Below are positions 27,721 to 35,499 of a stretch of 64,000 bases of DNA, piece by piece. The position numbers were made by a program, and so were the translations under genes. The notes below the pieces were generated by a model. That model saw only the letters and a program-made list of their open reading frames with translations, was not told where the DNA came from and ran no database searches. Each line of letters starts with the position of its first letter. Positions within the stretch are counted from its first letter, which is position 1. Source of the DNA: Flavobacterium sp. (GTDB lineage Bacteria; Bacteroidota; Bacteroidia; Flavobacteriales; Flavobacteriaceae); contig NZ_JAYSPC010000028.1 in assembly GCF_043722275.1 (NCBI RefSeq), positions 22,693-86,692 of the forward strand, written 5' to 3'.

Positions 27721-27772
27721 TATGCAAAACAAGATACTGTTCTTTAGATATATATTTGCATAAGAAAATACT
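27721..27772 (+). promoter_or_regulatory. -7 box TATATTTG (27751-27758) flanked/overlapped by two imperfect 17-bp direct repeats (candidate PadR sites)
   Basis: tatgcaaaacaagatac (27721) vs tttgcataagaaaatac (27755), 13/17 identical. Confidence 0.4.
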
Positions 27773-27786
27773 ATATACTTTTAATC

Positions 27787-28266
27787 ATGGAAACAACAAC
27801 ACCACTCATCATGGAAAAAACATCAGAAAAGAACACTGCGGCGTTCACTCATTTAAGTACTTTAAGTCAATATGTCATTCCGTTTGGGAATTATATCTTC
27901 CCAATATTAATATGGACGAGTTACAAAGACAAATCAGAATTTGTAAACGATCACGGAAAGCAAACGTTGAATTTTCAATTAAGTCTTTTGCTTTATACTT
28001 TAGTTTTGGCTTTAATTGCAATTCCGATTTTTGCGTTCGTATTGTTAAAAAACCTTCCAATAAATACTGTTTTTAACGATGAGGATTTAATCATCAGAAA
28101 TCTAAACATCGACGGAAATATTGGGATCTTAAGTATTGGTGCAACGGCTGTTTTACTTTTTGGATTATTAAAATTTGTTGAATTCTTTTTAGTGATTTAC
28201 GCTTCAATCAAAGCTTCAAACGGAGAGTTATACAAATATCCGCTTGCGATTCCTTTTATAAAATAG
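27787..28266 (+). CDS. DUF4870-like membrane protein
   Basis: AAFTHLS..PFGNYIFPILIW..KSEFVNDHGKQTLNFQLS..ASNGELYKYPLAIPF. Confidence 0.85.
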   Translation: METTTPLIMEKTSEKNTAAFTHLSTLSQYVIPFGNYIFPILIWTSYKDKSEFVNDHGKQTLNFQLSLLLYTLVLALIAIPIFAFVLLKNLPINTVFNDEDLIIRNLNIDGNIGILSIGATAVLLFGLLKFVEFFLVIYASIKASNGELYKYPLAIPFIK

Positions 28267-28267
28267 A

Positions 28268-28331
28268 GGCTTCGACTTCGCTCAGCCTGACATAAGTATT
28301 CAGCCTGACATTGAGTTTGCTCAGCGTGAAA
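28268..28331. repeat. REP-like GGCTTCGACTTCGCTCAGCCTGACA unit plus two degenerate tandem copies
   Basis: cagcctgaca at 28283 and 28301; gctcagcgtga at 28319. Confidence 0.65.
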
Positions 28332-28365
28332 TAAAAGAATAAAAGTTATAGAGTATTTTAGGGTT

Positions 28366-28457
28366 TAGCCCTGATAGAAGTGGAAATCCTTTTATTTTTT
28401 TCTTTAAAAAATAAAAGATTGAAACGTCCCGAGGCTTCGGGAGCAGGAAATAGCTCC
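28366..28457 (+). repeat. AGCCCYGATAGAAGTG...TAGCTCC-family element with embedded mini-palindrome
   Basis: Homologous to 5385-5484 (opposite strand). Confidence 0.8.
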
Positions 28458-28548
28458 AAAAAAAACGATCAATCATCAAAATCATCATCAATCAATCATC
28501 ATCAATCAAAAAACGAATTGTTCAATCTAAAAAAAACAAAATGAAATT

Positions 28549-28881
28549 ATGAACATTGAAAACACAAAAGCACAGATGCGCAAAGGTGTTCTTGAGTTTT
28601 GCATCTTATCTGTATTAAAAGAAAAAGACGCATACACATCAGAAATATTAGACACTTTAAAAAACGCAAAATTACTGGTTGTTGAGGGAACTGTTTACCC
28701 GCTTTTGACCAGGCTTAAAAACGACGGTTTGCTTAATTATCGTTGGGAAGAATCGACATCAGGACCACCACGAAAATATTATGGATTAACCGAAATAGGA
28801 CAAACATTTTTAAACGAACTTAGCGGTACCTGGACAGAATTGTCTGACGCCGTTAATCTAATCACCAATCAAAACCAATAA
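28549..28881 (+). CDS. PadR-family transcriptional regulator
   Basis: MRKGVLEFCIL..EGTVYPLLTRLK..GPPRKYY..G. Confidence 0.93.
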   Translation: MNIENTKAQMRKGVLEFCILSVLKEKDAYTSEILDTLKNAKLLVVEGTVYPLLTRLKNDGLLNYRWEESTSGPPRKYYGLTEIGQTFLNELSGTWTELSDAVNLITNQNQ

Positions 28882-28883
28882 TC

Positions 28884-30614
28884 ATGAACAAAACAGTAAA
28901 TATTAACTTAGGCGGTATGGTTTTTCATATAGATGAAGACGCATATTTAAAATTGACACGCTATTTTGACGCTATAAAAAGGTCTCTTAACAACTCATCA
29001 GGACAAGATGAAATTATTAAAGATATCGAAATGCGTGTTTCTGAATTATTACTTGAGAAACAAAAAAGCGACAAACATGTTGTGGGATTGAAGGATGTTG
29101 AGGAAGTGATTGTGGTTATGGGTCAACCTGAAGATTATATTCTTGAAGATGAAGAAAAAACGCATCAGTCGTTTGATTACGCTACAAGAAAGCATAAAAA
29201 ATTATACCGCGATAAGGAAAAAGGTATGATTGGTGGTGTTGCAACTGGTTTAGGACACTATTTTGGGATTGACGCTGTATGGATAAAAATCATTTTCCTT
29301 GTATTTGTTTTTGCAGGTTTTGGAACTGGAATTTTAGCTTATTTCGTTCTTTGGATCGTTACTCCGGAAGCCATTACAACATCTGAAAAGTTAGAAATGA
29401 CTGGTGAACCGGTTACGATTTCGAATATTGAAAGAAAAGTACGTGAGGAAATTGAGTCATTATCAGACAAATTTAAAAATGCTGATTATGATGCAATGGG
29501 AAACCAGGTAAAGTCAGGAGCTGAGAGAATAAGTAGTTCATTTGGAGACTTTGTAATGACGATTTTTAAAATCTTTGCTAAATTTTTAGGAGTAATTTTA
29601 ATCATGTCAGGTATTAGTGTTTTAATCATGTTATTGATTGGAGTTTTTACTTTAGGAACGAATGTTTTTGTTGATTTTCCCTGGCAAAACTTTATTGACG
29701 CAGGAAACTTTACAGATTATCCTCTTTGGTCATTTGGTTTATTAATATTTTTTGCAATTGGGATTCCGTTTTTCTTTTTGACACTTTTAGGTTTCAAATT
29801 ATTATCTCCAAACCTAAAATCTATCGGGAATATTACAAAATATACTTTGTTAGCGATTTGGATTATTGCGGTTGCTATTGCAATTAGCATTGGAATTAAA
29901 CAAGCAACTGAGCTTTCATATGACAATAAAACGGTTGAGAAAAAAGAAATCGGAATTAGTCCACAAGATACTTTGTACGTAAAATTCAGATACAATGATT
30001 ATTATTCAAAAGATTTAAATCAACACAGAGATTTTGAATTTGTACAAGATTCCGCCAACAACCAATTGATTTATTCAACTGACGTTCGCCTGCATGTTTT
30101 GCACACAGATAATAAGACAGCTTATTTACAAATAGAAAAAAGTGCAAGAGGAAATTCATTTGTAAATTCTAAAAAAAGAGCTGAAAAAATCAATTATAAA
30201 ATGCAGCTTGAAGGGAATCATTTAGTTCTTGATAATTATTTTTTAACCGATGTAAAAAACAAATTCAGAGGTCAGGAAGTTGATGTATATTTGTATTTAC
30301 CGGAAGGACAATTGTTTAAACCAGATGCATCTATACAGAATTATGATGATTCTGACGATGATTTCTTCAACTTACACTTTAGTGGTAATTACAATTATAA
30401 AGTTGAAGGTTCTAAAATTAAATGTTTGAATTGCCCATCAGAAGAAGATGAATATAATGATGTAAATGAAGATGTGCACGAAGATGTAAACATTCAAAAT
30501 GATACAGTAAACGAAGTTTCGGTTAAAATTAATGGAAAAGAAATTTTAAACGGAAAAAAAACCAAAGGCAGATTAACCACTGACAAAAACGGAGTTATAA
30601 TCAAAATTAACTAA
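28884..30614 (+). CDS. PspC-domain membrane protein
   Basis: KLYRDKEKGMIGGVATGLGHYFGID..ILAYFVLWIVTPEA. Confidence 0.9.
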   Translation: MNKTVNINLGGMVFHIDEDAYLKLTRYFDAIKRSLNNSSGQDEIIKDIEMRVSELLLEKQKSDKHVVGLKDVEEVIVVMGQPEDYILEDEEKTHQSFDYATRKHKKLYRDKEKGMIGGVATGLGHYFGIDAVWIKIIFLVFVFAGFGTGILAYFVLWIVTPEAITTSEKLEMTGEPVTISNIERKVREEIESLSDKFKNADYDAMGNQVKSGAERISSSFGDFVMTIFKIFAKFLGVILIMSGISVLIMLLIGVFTLGTNVFVDFPWQNFIDAGNFTDYPLWSFGLLIFFAIGIPFFFLTLLGFKLLSPNLKSIGNITKYTLLAIWIIAVAIAISIGIKQATELSYDNKTVEKKEIGISPQDTLYVKFRYNDYYSKDLNQHRDFEFVQDSANNQLIYSTDVRLHVLHTDNKTAYLQIEKSARGNSFVNSKKRAEKINYKMQLEGNHLVLDNYFLTDVKNKFRGQEVDVYLYLPEGQLFKPDASIQNYDDSDDDFFNLHFSGNYNYKVEGSKIKCLNCPSEEDEYNDVNEDVHEDVNIQNDTVNEVSVKINGKEILNGKKTKGRLTTDKNGVIIKIN

Positions 30615-30617
30615 GCC

Positions 30618-31352
30618 ATGATAAAAATAATCATTCATATTACAAAATTCATTATTGCGACTGTTACCGCATTATTGTTTGCCTCATGTAACCTTAACGT
30701 GAACTCAGTTGAAGGAAGCGGAAATATTACAACTGAAAAAAGAATTGTTCAGGGAGATTTTAGTAAAGTATCCGTTAGCAATGCGATCGATTTAGTAATT
30801 ATTCAATCTGATACTACAGAAATTGTGGTTGAAGCCGATGATAATTTACAGAAGGAAATTACAACAAAAGTTGAAAATGGAACTTTAGTTATTAAATGTA
30901 AATACAGTTCTTTTAGAAATGTTACCAAGAAAACAGTTACCGTAAAAATGCCTAAAATTAACAAGATCGAAGCTTCAAGCGCTGCATCTGTTATGAGTAA
31001 AGGCCTATTGCAAGGTGAGGATATTGATCTGGAAACTTCAAGCGCTTCAACAATGGATATTGATTTAGAATCTGATAATGTTTCGGCTGAGTCAGCAAGC
31101 GGAAGCACGATTAACCTAAAAGGAAAAGCATTAAGAATAAGAACTTCAGCGTCAAGCGGTTCAAGCATAAATGCTAATAAATTATTTGCTAATGAAGTTC
31201 AGGCAGAAGTTTCAAGCGGCGGAAGCACAAATGTTCATCCTATTTTAAGTTTAAAAGCGGAGGCAAGCAGCGGCGGAAGCATTAATTATGACATTACACC
31301 TAAAACAATCGAGAAAACTGCAAGTTCAGGAGGAAGTATCAGTCAGGGATAA
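30618..31352 (+). CDS. Head GIN domain (DUF2807-like) lipoprotein
   Basis: Lipobox LFASC; EGSGNITTE; ASSG repeats. Confidence 0.85.
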   Translation: MIKIIIHITKFIIATVTALLFASCNLNVNSVEGSGNITTEKRIVQGDFSKVSVSNAIDLVIIQSDTTEIVVEADDNLQKEITTKVENGTLVIKCKYSSFRNVTKKTVTVKMPKINKIEASSAASVMSKGLLQGEDIDLETSSASTMDIDLESDNVSAESASGSTINLKGKALRIRTSASSGSSINANKLFANEVQAEVSSGGSTNVHPILSLKAEASSGGSINYDITPKTIEKTASSGGSISQG

Positions 31353-31375
31353 AATGATATTTATCTGTTAAATAT

Positions 31376-31410
31376 AAAAAAATCATTCATCGAAAGTGGA
31401 TGATTTTTTT
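31376..31410 (+). terminator. Terminator hairpin with GAAA loop
   Basis: aaaaaatcattcatc-gaaa-gtggatgatttttt; next -7 box TATATTTG at 31410-31417. Confidence 0.7.
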
Positions 31411-31438
31411 ATATTTGTGAAAATCAAATCTAGAATTA

Positions 31439-32320
31439 ATGAAAAAAAATACAGCCTTACTCCTATTATTATTGGTTACGACGCTAACTTTTGCTCAAAG
31501 AAGAGAAAAAATAAAAGGATCTAAAATCGTAACTACTTCCATTAAAGAAGTAGGAGAATTTGACGGTATTGAAGCAGATGATAATTTAGAAGTTTACCTT
31601 GAAAGAGGAGAAAAAAACGAAATTAAAATCGAAGCCGATGATAATTTACATGAAATTATCGGGATGGATTTAAGAGAAAAAGTGCTTCGGTTATATACCT
31701 CTAAAGAAAGTACTATTTTTAAAAAACTTACTGTTCGGGTTACTTATACAAAATCATTAAAAACTGTAATCACAAAAAATGATGCCATTGTATATGCAAT
31801 TCAGGAACTGCAATTAGATGATATTACGTTTAATAGTTTTGATTACTCGAAATTATTCCTGAACGTAAACTCAAAAAAATTCACTTTGTTTGCTGATGAT
31901 AAAACAAGAACCGAATTGAACTTAAAATCTGAAGATGCTAATTTACAGTTGAGCAAAAACTCAGCGATTAAAACATTAGTTTCTGCAATAAAATTCAAAT
32001 GTGATTTATACCAAAAAGCCGCTGCAAATATTGAAGGTATTGCTGATAAAGCAACGATTCGTTTAGATAATAATTCGGTTTTTAACGGAACAAAATTTAC
32101 TTTGAAAGAAGCTAATCTTACTACCGAAGGTTCATCAGTTGCTACGGTTTTAGGCGGAACCAGTATTTCAATCGCAGCCGGAGATAAAAGTGAAGTTTCA
32201 TTATTTGGAAATCCAAAAATAGAACTTACTCGTTTTAGCGAAGAAGCAAAACTGATTAAAAAACCAAGTGCTGTAAAAGATAAGGATAAGGAAAAAGAAA
32301 AATCATCTTTACCACAATAG
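31439..32320 (+). CDS. GIN domain (DUF2807-like) exported protein
   Basis: Signal peptide; EKIKGSKIVT, IEADDNLHE; beta-solenoid repeats. Confidence 0.8.
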   Translation: MKKNTALLLLLLVTTLTFAQRREKIKGSKIVTTSIKEVGEFDGIEADDNLEVYLERGEKNEIKIEADDNLHEIIGMDLREKVLRLYTSKESTIFKKLTVRVTYTKSLKTVITKNDAIVYAIQELQLDDITFNSFDYSKLFLNVNSKKFTLFADDKTRTELNLKSEDANLQLSKNSAIKTLVSAIKFKCDLYQKAAANIEGIADKATIRLDNNSVFNGTKFTLKEANLTTEGSSVATVLGGTSISIAAGDKSEVSLFGNPKIELTRFSEEAKLIKKPSAVKDKDKEKEKSSLPQ

Positions 32321-32359
32321 ATTTCTGAAAGATTATTCCTCAAGCAATCTCACATAAAA

Positions 32360-32389
32360 AAAGTCCCATTCTTAATTGAATGGGACTTT
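32360..32389. terminator. Bidirectional terminator
   Basis: aaagtcccattc/gaatgggacttt. Confidence 0.75.
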
Positions 32390-32463
32390 CTCGTTTTATA
32401 AAATATTATATTTCAATTCCAACAACTTGAAACCTGAAACAATAAAAACCTGAAACAAATTTT

Positions 32464-33411
32464 TTATTCTTTCGATGCTAAATATCTTTCAGCATCTAAT
32501 GCAGCCATACATCCTGTTCCGGCAGCAGTAATTGCCTGACGATAAACATGATCAGCAGCATCACCGGCTACAAAAACACCTTCAACATTTGTTTTAGATG
32601 TTCCCGGAATATTTATAATATAACCAGTTTCATCCAGAGTAATTTGATCTTTAAAGATATCTGTATTTGGTTTGTGACCAATGGCTACGAAAAATCCTGT
32701 TGCAGGAATTTCAAGAACTTCCCCAGTAGTTTTATTCAACGCTTTAATTGCGTGAACTACTTGGTTATCACCTAATACTTCAAGAGTATCATGGTTCATT
32801 AATATTTCGATATTTTCGGTTTTGCGAACGCGATCTTCCATAATTTTCGAAGCTCTGAATTTTTCGCTTCTTACCAACATCGTTACTTTTTTACAAAGTT
32901 TAGATAAATAATGAGCTTCTTCACAAGCAGAATCTCCTGCTCCTACGATTACAACTTCCTGATTACGGTAGAAAAATCCATCACAAACGGCGCAGGCAGA
33001 AACTCCGCCGCCCATGTTTAAATAATGTTGTTCTGATGGTAACCCTAAATATTTAGCCGATGCTCCTGTAGAAATAATTACTGTTTCGCAGTGCAATTCG
33101 ATTGAATCGTTAATCCAAACTTTTTTAATATCTCCTGAAAAATCAACTTTAGTTGCCCATCCATCACGAATATCTGATCCAAAACGTTTTGCTTGTTCTT
33201 GTAATTGAACCATCATTTCCGGACCTGTAACACCATCAACATATCCCGGAAAATTTTCTACTTCGTTTGTTGTAGTTAATTGACCACCAGGTTGCATTCC
33301 TTGATATAAAACCGGATTCATATTTGCTCTGGCTGCATAAATAGCCGCAGTATAACCCGCTGGACCAGAACCTATAATTAGGCATTTAATTTTTTCGATT
33401 GTATCTGACAT
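32464..33411 (-). CDS. trxB: Thioredoxin-disulfide reductase
   Basis: IIGSGPAGYTAA, CAVC active site, VGAGDSA, FVAGD..RQAITAAGTGC. Confidence 0.97.
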   Translation of the reverse strand: MSDTIEKIKCLIIGSGPAGYTAAIYAARANMNPVLYQGMQPGGQLTTTNEVENFPGYVDGVTGPEMMVQLQEQAKRFGSDIRDGWATKVDFSGDIKKVWINDSIELHCETVIISTGASAKYLGLPSEQHYLNMGGGVSACAVCDGFFYRNQEVVIVGAGDSACEEAHYLSKLCKKVTMLVRSEKFRASKIMEDRVRKTENIEILMNHDTLEVLGDNQVVHAIKALNKTTGEVLEIPATGFFVAIGHKPNTDIFKDQITLDETGYIINIPGTSKTNVEGVFVAGDAADHVYRQAITAAGTGCMAALDAERYLASKE

Positions 33412-33563
33412 AATATGTATAGTTTTAAGTGATGCAAAGGTAAACTTTATTATAAAAAATTACGACCAAATCAAATCCTAAATAACTATCTCAAAATAAG
33501 TTTTATTTATTTTCAGATTTTCCTTTTCTAAACCAAATTTATTACTATATTTGCATCCGCTTA

Positions 33564-33638
33564 CGGGGTGTAGCGTAGCCCGGTTATCGCGCCTGCTTTG
33601 GGAGCAGGAGGCCGCAGGTTCGAATCCTGCCACCCCGA
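33564..33638 (+). tRNA. tRNA-Pro(UGG)
   Basis: Acceptor CGGGGTG/CACCCCG, anticodon arm CCTGC-TT-TGG-GA-GCAGG, T-loop GTTCGAATC; -7 box TATATTTG at 33546-33553. Confidence 0.97.
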
Positions 33639-33671
33639 CAAAAGTCTTTTCATTTTCTTGAAAAGACTTTT
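33638..33671. terminator. Hairpin after tRNA-Pro (identical to the reverse complement of 38224-38257)
   Basis: acaaaagtcttttca-ttttct-tgaaaagactttt. Confidence 0.85.
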
Positions 33672-33709
33672 TTTTTGCTTTAAATTGTCTTAAAAAAAAC
33701 GTAAGTATA

Positions 33710-34033
33710 TCATTCTTTTTGCCTTAGCAATTTTATGATATCATCTTTTTCTTTTATTCGAAGTTCATACTGTTCAATAAATTTATGTTGTATTGTTATG
33801 TATTTTATTAAATCTTCTGGATCTGAGTCATTTGGTTTATTAATTTCTTCTCCAAAAAAGCTTGCAATGTTGGTTTTTAACAATTGAGCAATTTTTATAA
33901 TTTCGTCAGAAGTAAATTGTATTTCACCTTTTTCTCTTCTGCAATATTGTGATTGCTCTAATCTTAACTCATGAGCAATGTAACTTTGAGATAATTTTTT
34001 CTCCATTCGTATGGCTCTTATTTTTTTATTCAA
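33710..34033 (-). CDS. XRE-family HTH transcriptional regulator
   Basis: KIRAIRMEKKLSQSYIAHELRLEQSQYCRREKGE; C-terminal coiled coil; TTG start. Confidence 0.85.
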   Translation of the reverse strand: MNKKIRAIRMEKKLSQSYIAHELRLEQSQYCRREKGEIQFTSDEIIKIAQLLKTNIASFFGEEINKPNDSDPEDLIKYITIQHKFIEQYELRIKEKDDIIKLLRQKE

Positions 34034-34301
34034 TTTTCATAATTATAAAAAACCATTAATTTTATCAATATTATTTAGCAGAAATAGTGTATTAAAAACA
34101 AAGAGGACAGTTATTATTTTTCATACTCACTAAGAGATACTATTTTAATGATTAAACTTTAATCATTATGTGATTTGCACATTTTGTAAGAAAAATTAAT
34201 GTTGTTTATTTGAAATCTATTAACTGAAAACTTTTTGAATATTCAAAAGCGCTTTTGATAATTTGAGAGTCTAAGTATGTCGAATTTTAAAAACTTAATT
34301 T

Positions 34302-34655
34302 ATGAAAAAATTATTATTGACATTGTGTTTGTCGATGTTTGCTTCTGGAGCGTTCGCATCAGAATCCTTGGATTACAAAAAAATTGGAAACAGTAAAACA
34401 ACTGAAATCCAGCATTTTGAAAATGGCTTTGCCGTAATTTATGGCTGCTCAGTATATATAGCCTGGCATGATGGTCACGGAAGTTACTCCAATACATGGA
34501 GTTTCCCAAATGTTAGTTCTCAAAGTGGCTGCAATCAAATGATGAGAGAACTTTTAGCCGTTTTTCAGTCAGTTGAAGCACCAACAGCTTTTCCAGACGA
34601 TTTTATAGGTGAGGAGCCTCGTATTCGCTTCACTCCAGAAGAGGTGCAACCATAG
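34302..34655 (+). CDS. Small secreted hypothetical protein with two Cys and an acidic Pro-rich tail
   Basis: Sec signal MKKLLLTLCLSMFASGAFA; C49 and C77; first gene of a three-gene run. Confidence 0.8.
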   Translation: MKKLLLTLCLSMFASGAFASESLDYKKIGNSKTTEIQHFENGFAVIYGCSVYIAWHDGHGSYSNTWSFPNVSSQSGCNQMMRELLAVFQSVEAPTAFPDDFIGEEPRIRFTPEEVQP

Positions 34656-34714
34656 TTCAAAAACAAAACCTAAAATGCGATTTAGAATATTTCTAAATCG
34701 TATTTTATTAAAAA

Positions 34715-35494
34715 ATGAAAATGAAAAATTTTGCTTTTACAATAATTTTACTTTTTACAATTTCGGCGAAAGCTCAGGTAAAAAATGTAGTGATTGAATA
34801 CAACTTAAATGTATCTAATGAAAATTATGTACAGAAAAAAGTTATTACAAACTGCACAAAAAACATATCAATTTCAAAAACTTTTGCAAATAATTCTAAA
34901 GCAGGTATTGAATCTAATGAGCATACGAATTCAATATATATAAATGAAAAAGAGATTGACACTTATGAATCTGTTGATTTAGTGAGTAACAATATTATTT
35001 CTGTAGATAATATAAAAAACAGCAATTACAAAATCACTGAACAACTTCCAGTAATGAATTGGAAACTTTCAAAGGATAATGAAGTAAAAAAAATAGATAC
35101 TTTTATATGCAATAAAGCTTTTTTGAGTTTTAGAGGCCGCAATTACATTGCCTGGTACACTCCGTATGTTGCTTTGCCATTTGGACCTTGGAAATTTTAT
35201 GGTCTCCCTGGTTTAATTCTTGAAATATATGACACCAATAATAATTACCATTGGACAGTATCAAAAATAACATATCCTTCAACAAAAACATTTGATCTAA
35301 GCGTTTTAGATAAGCAAAACACAAAAGATATAACCTTAAAAGGATTTGTTGAAGAAATCGAAAAACAAAAGCAAATAATGTATGCCCGCATTATGAAAGT
35401 AATGCCACGTGGCACAACAATGGAGCAAGGAACTGATACAAGAACAAGTGTGGAATTAGTTTATGATTGGGAAACCGAAAAGAAAAACAAATAG
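34715..35494 (+). CDS. GLPGLI-family protein (TIGR01200-like)
   Basis: Signal peptide; FRGRNYIAWYT..PFGPWKFYGLPGLILE. Confidence 0.93.
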   Translation: MKMKNFAFTIILLFTISAKAQVKNVVIEYNLNVSNENYVQKKVITNCTKNISISKTFANNSKAGIESNEHTNSIYINEKEIDTYESVDLVSNNIISVDNIKNSNYKITEQLPVMNWKLSKDNEVKKIDTFICNKAFLSFRGRNYIAWYTPYVALPFGPWKFYGLPGLILEIYDTNNNYHWTVSKITYPSTKTFDLSVLDKQNTKDITLKGFVEEIEKQKQIMYARIMKVMPRGTTMEQGTDTRTSVELVYDWETEKKNK

Positions 35495-35499
35495 ATATT

